Part shown: piece by piece, positions 1 through 7,482 of the stretch
How positions within the stretch are numbered: position 1 is the first letter of the stretch
Layout: each line of letters starts with the position of its first letter
Source: a virus
Taxonomy: Duplodnaviria; Caudoviricetes
Length of the DNA: 57,503 nucleotides
Strand: one strand, 5' to 3'
IMG/VR virus record: IMGVR_UViG_3300022221_000009
Coordinates: 1 to 57,503 of that record
Notes under the pieces: model-generated
Database searches by the model: none
The model's input: the letters and a program-made list of their open reading frames with translations, nothing else
Told to the model about the DNA's origin: nothing
Made by a program: the position numbers and the translations under genes

Positions 1-776
1 CTCTGCATAGGGTGTTGCTGCAACCAATTACCGAACGCATCTGATGACACAATCTCTTGTCGATCAGGATGTCTCTCGTCGATCTGCCGCAGATGGTCTG
101 CCATGGCATTACGATTTTGCATATGCCTGTCTTCAACAATCTGTTCCTGCATCGTGCTAATAACCGGAGTGATCTGGTTTTGCAGATTAGAAACCGTTTG
201 ATTGAGTGCATCGAGAATTGGTCCGACAATATCCGGATAGTCCTGCTGTGCCTTTTCAAGCTCAGCCGTCATCCGAACAACGTGTTCTTGACCGCTCTCA
301 CCCGGTCGCTGCTGGGTGATCTCGATTACGTTTGGTTGCTCACCACCACTCCCTTCACCACCTAAGTCGGTTGGTGTTTGGATTTGCGTGGCATTACCTT
401 CCTCGTTCCGACCAACTGATAGAATTGAGAGGTCACGACGCAACTTGGCATTATCTGCCGCCACTTGATCAGTGTGGGAGCGTAAATTGGCATAACTTTC
501 CTCAGTCTGTTGCCGTTTTTGTGCTTCCTCACGGTACAAGGCCTCGAAGTCAACACTGTTATCCGGATTGGGTTCAGCGGGGACTGCATGTGTGTTGAGA
601 TCTTCCGCGTTGGAAACAACCTCAACAGGCACTGCAGGCGCATCACCTTCACCGGGTACAGCTTGACCTTCTACCGGTTGCTCAGCGGGCTTATCTGGAT
701 TTCCCAGGGCTTCACCACTTTGCAATTGACTTGTCTGTTCTCTGATCTCTTTGGCTTTTTGTGCTGCGTTGGACAT
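1..776 (-). CDS. Capsid scaffolding protein, N-terminal part (runs off the window start; continues at the window end)
   Basis: Frame from ATG at 776 (MSNAAQKAKEIREQ...) with AGGAGA RBS at 781-786 reads open to base 1. Acidic, Pro-rich then coiled-coil composition; lies between portal and capsid once circularised. Confidence 0.8.
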   Translation of the reverse strand, partial: MSNAAQKAKEIREQTSQLQSGEALGNPDKPAEQPVEGQAVPGEGDAPAVPVEVVSNAEDLNTHAVPAEPNPDNSVDFEALYREEAQKRQQTEESYANLRSHTDQVAADNAKLRRDLSILSVGRNEEGNATQIQTPTDLGGEGSGGEQPNVIEITQQRPGESGQEHVVRMTAELEKAQQDYPDIVGPILDALNQTVSNLQNQITPVISTMQEQIVEDRHMQNRNAMADHLRQIDERHPDRQEIVSSDAFGNWLQQHPMQ

Positions 777-909
777 ACGTTCTCCTAACAGGGCTGACAT
801 AAATGTTTCATGTGAAACATTGACCGCTTATCTGCTCTCAGTTGGGCCAGGGCTACCTTTGGCTTATCTGGCGGTTAAAAATCACAACAGGGCTACCGTG
901 GCTTATCTG
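689..909 (-). promoter_or_regulatory. Four copies of a bipartite RNA motif CAGAUAAGC/GCCCUG around the scaffold RBS
   Basis: Plus-strand gcttatctg at 689, 826, 862, 901 and cagggc at 705, 789, 848, 888. Confidence 0.6.
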
Positions 910-926
910 CTGTGTTGAAAAGGCAT

Positions 927-953
927 AAAAAAAGGCCACTTAAAGTGACCTTT
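927..953 (-). terminator. Intrinsic terminator-like hairpin
   Basis: Minus strand AAGGTCAC-TTTAA-GTGGCCTT followed by a U-run. Confidence 0.6.
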
Positions 954-979
954 GTTTAAACCGTTTCGATTTGTGATTG

Positions 980-1273
980 TTATATGTGACCGACTCCTGA
1001 ATCATCTTGATCTGTTAGTTCTACTTCCCGGACGGGTTTTGATGCTCGACACATATTCTCAGCCTGCTCAAAGATATGACTCAAAGGTCTAAGTGCCTTA
1101 GCGGATCCTTGCGCCCGATAGACATCCTCACCAATTGCATTTTCCATTTCGTCACGAGCAGCCTTATGCAAGGTTTTTAAAAAGGTTTCTATAGTCCTCG
1201 CAGCCGATGGCATTTCTTGAGCAACCGAGTGAAAAGCCCGCGCCACATCAACATCCAATAACATCGAATTCAC
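980..1273 (-). CDS. Small hypothetical protein downstream of portal
   Basis: 97-aa ORF overlapping the portal stop; common position in podovirus head modules. Confidence 0.65.
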   Translation of the reverse strand: MNSMLLDVDVARAFHSVAQEMPSAARTIETFLKTLHKAARDEMENAIGEDVYRAQGSAKALRPLSHIFEQAENMCRASKPVREVELTDQDDSGVGHI

Positions 1274-3168
1274 ATCACACCTCCAGGCGGTAACATTGCT
1301 TGTTGCGGCGCTTGAGGCATCCCCTGCTGACCACCTGACATATCAGGCGCAACCTGGCCTGCCTTTTCTTCATCCGACACCACCATGGTGTCAGGTTTGA
1401 TATCCATACCGTCCGCAATCTCACGCATGGCCTCAGTACTCTTTAGGTCAGGATGACCGGCAAACATCTGCGCGAACTGCATCATCTTCTGGGTCTGGAT
1501 TTCTTTCGCCATGATCGCGGCAGAGCCTTTCGCCCTGACCAACATCTTGCCCAGAATCTCCCGTTTGGGGTTATGCCGCATATTCCAGTCATACATAGCT
1601 TCAATCAACGGCTCCAGGCCAAAGGCATCGATATTGCGCATCACCTTCTTGAGTGATCTGTTGGCATTGGAATTCAGGATACTCATGCCCGTGGCCGTAT
1701 CATTAGTGTTGGTCCCTTCCATGCCTGAGGTCAACGACGGCATAAAGGTTTCTTCGTCCATCAGCTGCCGGAACAGGTGGATGATCTTGATAAACTGATC
1801 TGTGTAGGCTGGTATCTCAAAAACATTGACCGCGCGCTTACTGTTATTACCGTCATGCTTCGAGTAAATCACACGCCAAGCCCGGATATCATCAACCTTC
1901 TCTCCGGGCTGTAATAAATCCATATTCACATCAAGTAATGGACCACTAGCAATCGCCGCGTTATCAATCATGATACGCGCCGCCGCGTTAATCGCGTCTT
2001 GAGAACCTTTACCCAGGTACGGGACGCCTTTCCCGAAAGGCCCAAAGCCAGCCCGTTTCACATATGGGATAATGTTGTATGGGATTCGGCCCTTGTGTTG
2101 CTTGGCCTTCAGTACAAACTGACCGCAGTACCAAATACAACCTTGTGTCTCCAGCGATTGCAATTCATACGGCATCTTGACGCCGGCATTACTTAATTCC
2201 TGTCCGGTGACCGGCCCATGGTAAACAATCACCCGATAACGCTTGCTTGCATTAGGGTCGGCATCGCCCGCGATAGTGCGTAACTCAATCTGATGCGTTT
2301 CAAGATTGGCATTACCCGCTGGAAAGTCTCGCAAGATCCGCAGGACCGAAGACGTATTGAACCCAGACTGCATTGCCAGATCCATCATTTGTGCGCGAGT
2401 CAGGAACAATTCTTCAAATATGCCGTTACCATCCTGAACACTAGTGGCTTCCATGTCCGGATAAAGATTGAAAATAGAGCAATACTTAACGTCCGGCTTA
2501 TGGCCCTGGCGCTCAATTTCGTTGGCGACCACCTCCATATTGGCATCGAACCCGACTTCCCAGTCACTCTTTTTGTCTTTGACCGTAAACGGGCCTTTCA
2601 AAGCACCTGATCCGGTAATCGTCATTTCAAGCACGGCCAGATCCAGATTTTCTGGCAAGTCAACCTCATCCAGCTGATTGCTGATTTCTGTCTTCATCGA
2701 TTCCGTGCGTACTCGCATCTCCTCGCGGATATGCTGAATAGTAATCCCCTGCTGTATCAAAAAAGGATGAAGCTCTGCATCATCCGGTATCGGCGCCGGG
2801 TCCAGGTCCCACGGCTCATCAGATAAGAAGTCCATGATCGCCGCATGCGCAGAATGAACTTTCATCTGCGTCAAACCAACCCACAATTTGGATCGACCAG
2901 CTTTAAACCGGGCCATTACGTTTGGTGAATACTCGTTGTTGTAACGACGGTAAGCATCCAACCACTCTTGTTCAAGTGTTTCACGCCGACGCCGACGTAC
3001 TTCTAATTCAGTATTTAACCTGGCGACCAAGTTACTTGGGCGGGACATTGTTTCCAGTGCTGCACCCAAGGTGTTTTCAACTTCTGCTAAATGTGCAGCA
3101 CGATTAGATAACTGATGATCACTTGGCCGGATAGCCATGGCTTGTACTTGTTGTTGTGGTACAGCCAT
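1270..3168 (-). CDS. Portal protein
   Basis: 632 aa directly after terL. Podoviral portal-like segments (GSGALKGP, FGKGV, INAAARIMIDNAAIASGP, TATGMSIL) and a Q/P-rich tail. Confidence 0.9.
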   Translation of the reverse strand: MAVPQQQVQAMAIRPSDHQLSNRAAHLAEVENTLGAALETMSRPSNLVARLNTELEVRRRRRETLEQEWLDAYRRYNNEYSPNVMARFKAGRSKLWVGLTQMKVHSAHAAIMDFLSDEPWDLDPAPIPDDAELHPFLIQQGITIQHIREEMRVRTESMKTEISNQLDEVDLPENLDLAVLEMTITGSGALKGPFTVKDKKSDWEVGFDANMEVVANEIERQGHKPDVKYCSIFNLYPDMEATSVQDGNGIFEELFLTRAQMMDLAMQSGFNTSSVLRILRDFPAGNANLETHQIELRTIAGDADPNASKRYRVIVYHGPVTGQELSNAGVKMPYELQSLETQGCIWYCGQFVLKAKQHKGRIPYNIIPYVKRAGFGPFGKGVPYLGKGSQDAINAAARIMIDNAAIASGPLLDVNMDLLQPGEKVDDIRAWRVIYSKHDGNNSKRAVNVFEIPAYTDQFIKIIHLFRQLMDEETFMPSLTSGMEGTNTNDTATGMSILNSNANRSLKKVMRNIDAFGLEPLIEAMYDWNMRHNPKREILGKMLVRAKGSAAIMAKEIQTQKMMQFAQMFAGHPDLKSTEAMREIADGMDIKPDTMVVSDEEKAGQVAPDMSGGQQGMPQAPQQAMLPPGGVM

Positions 3169-3290
3169 TAGTCGCTACCCAGCAAATCAAACGCATCGAC
3201 ACCAATACCACAGGATGCACATGGATTTTTACCTGAAGCCAATGCACCAATAGCAAAGTCACGTCCACTCCCCCACGCTATAATAGTCAA
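3168..3290 (-). pseudogene. Internally deleted HslV/proteasome-like Ntn-hydrolase remnant (40 codons)
   Basis: TTG start overlapping the terL stop: MTIIAW-GSGRDFAIGALASG...CGIGVD. Keeps the N-terminal Thr and the AWGSG motif with the middle missing. Confidence 0.6.
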
Positions 3291-4756
3291 TACCCTGCTC
3301 CTGTATCTGCTGGCTCATGCTGTCGAGAACCGACGCTACCACCGGTTAAAAATGGATTGCCGATCACTTCAAAGCGATACACAGATCGCACGTCATAACG
3401 TAGTGCATCCAGTAAGTGATCGTTTTTCTTCACAATCTTGCCTTTTTCATCTCGGTGATATAAATCGAATTCCTGTAAGGTTTGAACACAATGCCCCATA
3501 ATTTTAAGACGGCCTGTTGCGATACGCTGATAGCAGTCCAATATCCCAGCGGCGACCGAATTGTCAGCCAACTTGATATCAAGTCCGGCTTTCCCGTATT
3601 CCTTAATGACCTTCTTGCCGTCCAGTTCGTTGGACTTGTTACCGGACGGATCCCCCCAGATGGGAATATTGCCGAAGGCCTTGATGGCCGCGGCATGGTT
3701 GACCGGTGGTAACTGGCCCTGCTTGTACTCACCGTAGACGTAGATGATGTCACCCTCTTCGTCATAGCATTGCACACTAGCGGCAGTCCAATTCCAACCG
3801 AAGTCCATTCCAATCCCACGAGGCCAGTTTCTCGGTACCTGGAATGTCGGCACCACAACTTGGTCACGCACAAACGGGTAAATCTTGCCTGCACCCAGTT
3901 GTGGCCGACCATGTTCTCGGGCTTCGAGTTCATGTGGCGGCAATTCCTTGCGCATTTCTTCGACGACTGCCGGCGACAACCAAGGGTTGTCCTGCCAACC
4001 GGCCTGGATGCGATATCGGTTACTGGCATCAAACTCATCACCGAAAAACATCATGGCCACATCGGACATGCCCGACAGCGGCGTCATGGTGAGATACAGG
4101 ATCCCTTCCGTATCGGCTATACGTTGATAGCACTCGTCATAAACACTTTTCGGCGGTTCTTCGTCCAGGTGTATCCAGTGTAGCGATACCGCCTGGAACT
4201 TCTTTCGTCCTTGATCGTACGATTTAAAGTCAATCTCGGAGACACCGCCAGTCACATGCTGGATAGTGACCACATCCACCGCGTCGGCCACACCCCGCTT
4301 GCGCGTGATACTGAGTATCAGGTGTTTGGGTATTAACCCGGTGCCCCACTCACCCGGGGGACCCAGCAGGACACGCTGAATACCATCACGGGTACTTTCG
4401 GCAGTATCCGAAGCGACTCGACCGCGTGTATGCTCAGTAAACCGCCTGCCTTTCCACCACCATGGATACAGCCCGGTGGCGTGATACGCATCCTCGGCGC
4501 CACCACCAACACTTTTCCCAGTGCGGTTACCACCAAAGAAAGCGCGGACCCGGTGCAGGAATCCAGCTAAGTGAAACGCGACCTGCTTATGGTGCGGCCG
4601 GTTGAACTTCTTACCAACCGGATCGTATTGCTCCAGTTTGACCAGCTTACGGCGCTTCTTTAACGCCTCCAGCAGTACCAGCTTACGTTCAAGTGGGTTG
4701 TCCGGTAGCTGCTCGACTAAATCACGGGCGACGCTGGCCGAAACGGGGAAGTTCAT
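3287..4756 (-). CDS. terL: Terminase large subunit
   Basis: GGNRTGKS Walker A, WIHLDEEP Walker B, LTMTP, and nuclease motifs GMDFG and NDHLLDALRY. Confidence 0.95.
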   Translation of the reverse strand: MNFPVSASVARDLVEQLPDNPLERKLVLLEALKKRRKLVKLEQYDPVGKKFNRPHHKQVAFHLAGFLHRVRAFFGGNRTGKSVGGGAEDAYHATGLYPWWWKGRRFTEHTRGRVASDTAESTRDGIQRVLLGPPGEWGTGLIPKHLILSITRKRGVADAVDVVTIQHVTGGVSEIDFKSYDQGRKKFQAVSLHWIHLDEEPPKSVYDECYQRIADTEGILYLTMTPLSGMSDVAMMFFGDEFDASNRYRIQAGWQDNPWLSPAVVEEMRKELPPHELEAREHGRPQLGAGKIYPFVRDQVVVPTFQVPRNWPRGIGMDFGWNWTAASVQCYDEEGDIIYVYGEYKQGQLPPVNHAAAIKAFGNIPIWGDPSGNKSNELDGKKVIKEYGKAGLDIKLADNSVAAGILDCYQRIATGRLKIMGHCVQTLQEFDLYHRDEKGKIVKKNDHLLDALRYDVRSVYRFEVIGNPFLTGGSVGSRQHEPADTGAGY

Positions 4757-4765
4757 TTGTTCCCC

Positions 4766-5392
4766 TTAATTCAATCTTCCACGATGCTCATCCAGTTCCT
4801 TTTCAGCTTCGGCAATCAGCTTTTCAATTTCATCCTCGGGCAGATCAGAAGCCAACCGATCGGTAATCGATGTCGGCTTACCTTCGGCCAGCTGTGAGGC
4901 ATGGTGCACATCACGAATGACCCGAGCGGCTTCGCCTGGACCCACTGTTGATATCTGGCCCACCATTTCCTTGGCAACCACATCATACTTCTCAATTATG
5001 TATCCATTAACCAAACCATCTTTTACGGAATTTAGGGCCAGCATGATGGTGCCCCACGCCTCCTCAACAAACCCTTCACGCTTGGCGGCACGAATCTTTT
5101 GCAACTCATCCATGGGTATTTCATCTTTGATTCGTTGAATCTGCTCGCGGGTAAGACCGGATATGCGGGAAATTTCAGCAATATTGTCAGAGATACCAAA
5201 TAAGGCACGAACCAACTCCTCTTCCTTGGGGCCGGCATGCTGTCCTTTCTTACGCTGCACTGGCTTGATATCAGCTAATTCAGTAATGGGGCGAATGGCT
5301 TGTTTCTTAGCAACTTTCTTCTTAGCCACCTTTTTTTTGGTATGCGCGCGCGTAGAAGTTTGTTTTTTCTGGGGTTTCTTCTTCGCAGCCAT
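4766..5392 (-). CDS. Terminase small subunit (putative)
   Basis: Directly upstream of terL; Lys-rich N-terminus and HTH-like NIAEISRISGLTREQIQRI. Confidence 0.7.
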   Translation of the reverse strand: MAAKKKPQKKQTSTRAHTKKKVAKKKVAKKQAIRPITELADIKPVQRKKGQHAGPKEEELVRALFGISDNIAEISRISGLTREQIQRIKDEIPMDELQKIRAAKREGFVEEAWGTIMLALNSVKDGLVNGYIIEKYDVVAKEMVGQISTVGPGEAARVIRDVHHASQLAEGKPTSITDRLASDLPEDEIEKLIAEAEKELDEHRGRLN

Positions 5393-5540
5393 AGTTTAGT
5401 TGTCCGCAATTTTAGCGACGTTGGGTAACAAGTTCATCACAGTAATCTCTTACCTCGCAGTCTAAGTTTCCAAATTTGATACGCATATCAATCCTCAATT
5501 AAATTCCGCACCCACAGCCGCAGTTCCACATCTCCAGGCC

Positions 5541-5572
5541 AAAAAAAACCCCGTCCATTTGAATGGCGGGGC
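5541..5572 (-). terminator. Intrinsic terminator in the late leader (tR'-like)
   Basis: Minus strand GCCCCGCCATTCAAATGGACGGGG followed by U8, upstream of terS; fits Q-type antitermination. Confidence 0.65.
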
Positions 5573-5932
5573 TTTAAAACACAGCTAGATGGTCTGAACC
5601 TAACTATTGTTGACGACGATTCGGTGATGAGCAAGTTGTGGTATCAACCAGGAGACCCAACCATGGACCTCCGTAGTCACCTTGCGCAGCATACAGATAA
5701 ATCCTAAAGTAGATTAAACAATAAATCAACCAAATGTAATCTGAAGTAGTATTGTTTGTGATACTTAAAAAGGGTGCCCTGCATCCTGCAAGGCTTGGGA
5801 ATGGGTACAACTTCATGTTGTATTTCTGTCTTGGGAGAAACAGAAATAATAATTTATCACAACAAATTTGTTTGTGTAGCTTATTTTTTCTGGGTATCCG
5901 GATTTTATGATTGATATATGATTTATAGTCGC

Positions 5933-6133
5933 CTACAACAGCCTGTTTTTCTCGTCAATCAACAGTCGATTGATGAGGTCTGTCTCTGTCACATCATCCC
6001 CTAATTTGAGGCAGATTTTTAAAGCCTCGTTGGCCTCAGGCGAGAGCCTCCAGGATTTGCGGGCGCCGCCCGCGTGTTTGAGCGCGGCGATAGAGTCGTT
6101 TACTCGCTGCGTGGCTGTGCGTGGTTTAGTCAT
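5933..6133 (-). CDS. Small ribbon-helix-helix-type regulator (candidate Aca)
   Basis: 66 aa; strand RKSWRLS then two helices (PEANEALK..., TETDLINRLL). Last gene of the cassette; its stop codon lies within the left IR. Confidence 0.6.
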   Translation of the reverse strand: MTKPRTATQRVNDSIAALKHAGGARKSWRLSPEANEALKICLKLGDDVTETDLINRLLIDEKNRLL

Positions 6134-6639
6134 TTAGTTGGCTCCAGCGAGCGAAACGCCACACGCTCCATTTTGCGCACCTCGTCGGCCATTTCATCCG
6201 GCACGCAGACAGTGACACATTGACACTCGCGCGGACAGCCCACAATGCCGCGATGTTCGCGCAGGATTTTGTAACACCAGGTCCGCACGTCCTCGCGTTT
6301 TTTGCCTGTGATGTTAGCAACGTGTTTGTGACTGTGCCCCTCCACCAGCACCAGCCGCGCCGCCTCCAGGCTGGCGGGCGCGATCTTGGTGTAGCTGGCG
6401 GCAAGGTCAAATTGCTCGGGGGTCATGACTCGATATTCAAACATACCCTTAATAAATCCATTCAAGATTTCATCCGGCATTTCGGCCGCTCTGTCATTAT
6501 CTAAATCTGTTCGCCAGCCTTTAATTTTTGAATTCGTTGCAACAATGCCGCCGAGTTTGAATATCTCAATCGTTAAGTCTCTATCTCTACCGACGCCCGT
6601 CAAGTGCAGCAATTTTTTAAATATCTCGTTGTTGTTCAT
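6130..6639 (-). CDS. DUF1456/YehS-like domain fused to a KorA/TrfB (Aca4-like) HTH repressor
   Basis: N-part MNNNEIFKKL...DEILNGFIKG resembles DUF1456. C-part MTPEQF...EAARLVLVEG...VTVCVPDEMADEVRK follows the KorA/TrfB pattern. Confidence 0.7.
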   Translation of the reverse strand: MNNNEIFKKLLHLTGVGRDRDLTIEIFKLGGIVATNSKIKGWRTDLDNDRAAEMPDEILNGFIKGMFEYRVMTPEQFDLAASYTKIAPASLEAARLVLVEGHSHKHVANITGKKREDVRTWCYKILREHRGIVGCPRECQCVTVCVPDEMADEVRKMERVAFRSLEPTK

Positions 6640-6658
6640 TATCTGACCCCGCTTACTT

Positions 6659-6686
6659 ATTAGAAGCTGCCTATGCGGCAGCGTAA
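6659..6686 (-). CRISPR. Solitary type I-F CRISPR repeat-like unit #2 (not an array)
   Basis: Minus strand TTACGCTGCCGCATAGGCAGCTTCTAAT; the CTGCC-GCATA-GGCAG-CTT core matches the Cas6f hairpin of I-F repeats. Confidence 0.7.
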
Positions 6687-6712
6687 ATTATCTTTGTATG
6701 AGTCAGTTAGTC

Positions 6713-6955
6713 TTACAAAAGATTCTTTATTTCAAGAACATACCTGATCAAATAATGCTCTAAAGTTTCGCCGTTTTCGTCTTCTTTATCGTCCGGACAA
6801 CGAAACCATACCGCATTAACTGTTTTATACTCTACATCTTCTTCTTTTGACGCCCAATTGAATAAAACTCTTTTGAAACCCTGGTTGTTAAATTCTGCAC
6901 ATTCAAGCATAAATGAATGTGCATCGCTTTCGTTTTTAAAATTTAAGACTGGCAT
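6713..6955 (-). CDS. Small acidic protein, anti-CRISPR candidate (80 aa)
   Basis: Start re-called to ATG 6955 (MPVLNFKN...) with GGAGA RBS at 6964-6968; lies between two I-F repeats, upstream of Aca-like genes. Confidence 0.6.
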   Translation of the reverse strand: MPVLNFKNESDAHSFMLECAEFNNQGFKRVLFNWASKEEDVEYKTVNAVWFRCPDDKEDENGETLEHYLIRYVLEIKNLL

Positions 6956-6975
6956 TATAAGTTTCTCCGTTTCAG

Positions 6976-7005
6976 TCCCGGCATGACCCCGGCCGGGAAT
7001 CGGGG
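6976..7005 (-). promoter_or_regulatory. 5'-UTR H-type pseudoknot, copy 2
   Basis: CCCCG-AT-TCCCGGC-CGGGG-TCAT-GCCGGGA immediately upstream of the RBS. Confidence 0.6.
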
Positions 7006-7033
7006 TTTTTAAGCTGCCTGCACGGCAGTAAAT
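7006..7033 (-). CRISPR. Solitary type I-F CRISPR repeat-like unit #1 (Racr candidate)
   Basis: Minus strand ATTTACTGCCGTGCAGGCAGCTTAAAAA; 24/28 identical to the I-F repeat GTTCACTGCCGTACAGGCAGCTTAGAAA. Confidence 0.8.
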
Positions 7034-7057
7034 TTGTTTATTGATACAACACACTAA

Positions 7058-7345
7058 TTAGCTCACATGCACAAAATAAATAGTTTCTCGTGTGAAATCC
7101 TCTCTAACTTCGGATGTGTCGTTATAATCTTGATCTATGTCATCGCCAGATCCGATGTGGTCAGAATAGCCCACGCCATGAATTTCCAGCATTACCTCGT
7201 TTTGTATATCATCAAAACACTGAGCAATAAAATCGCTGTTTTCAAAACCGCTGCCCGCGCCGTGCGGTACAAGCGGTGCTTTAATTGCGGAATCAAAGTA
7301 TTCTTGACACCGCTCAACCATTAACTCTTTTGCATTCGTGCTCAT
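7058..7345 (-). CDS. Small acidic protein, anti-CRISPR candidate (95 aa)
   Basis: First gene after the strong promoter; AGGAGA RBS; D/E-rich. Confidence 0.65.
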   Translation of the reverse strand: MSTNAKELMVERCQEYFDSAIKAPLVPHGAGSGFENSDFIAQCFDDIQNEVMLEIHGVGYSDHIGSGDDIDQDYNDTSEVREDFTRETIYFVHVS

Positions 7346-7363
7346 TAATGTATCTCCTATCGG

Positions 7364-7394
7364 TCCCAGCGTCAGCCCCGGCTGGGAATCGGGG
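7364..7394 (-). promoter_or_regulatory. 5'-UTR H-type pseudoknot, copy 1
   Basis: CCCCG-AT-TCCCAGC-CGGGG-CTGAC-GCTGGGA; A-U replaces the G-C pair of copy 2. Confidence 0.6.
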
Positions 7395-7421
7395 GAGCTA
7401 AATATCTCAGCTCATTGGTAC

Positions 7422-7450
7422 AGTGTAGTCGCCTACGGTCTATTTGTCAA
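7422..7450 (-). promoter_or_regulatory. Near-consensus sigma70 promoter of the cassette
   Basis: TTGACA (7445-7450), 17-bp spacer, TACACT (7422-7427); overlapped by the quasi-palindrome GTAGTCGCCTAC. Confidence 0.8.
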
Positions 7451-7482
7451 CTATAAAATCCGGATACCTTTTTTCTCATCCT

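Larger units (their letters stand above)
5893..7468. mobile_element. Non-autonomous, transposase-less insertion cassette carrying a putative anti-CRISPR operon
   Basis: 44-bp imperfect inverted repeats at 5893-5936 and 7425-7468 (outer 16 bp GGTATCCGGATTTTAT identical, 32/44 overall). TTTTTTCT direct repeat outside both ends (5884-5891, 7469-7476). Confidence 0.7.

Noticed and set aside
57-788. Plus-strand ORFs here and antisense ORFs throughout the structural genes
   Set aside because: They are shadows of long minus-strand genes, with no RBS or recognisable motifs.
6970-6998. Type I-D/III-like repeat ending GGGACTGAAAC
   Set aside because: The second copy ends GGGACCGATAG, and the match is explained by pseudoknot stem 2 plus the RBS spacer; cannot be fully excluded.
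6659-7033. True CRISPR mini-array
   Set aside because: The repeats are about 320 nt apart around a protein gene rather than a ~32-nt spacer; no cas genes.
6956-7054. N-terminal extension of the 113-aa track ORF
   Set aside because: It spans the repeat and pseudoknot; the RBS supports ATG 6955.
6976-7394. HDV-like/theta ribozyme
   Set aside because: No room for P3/L3 or P1.1 between the stems; a simple H-type pseudoknot fits.
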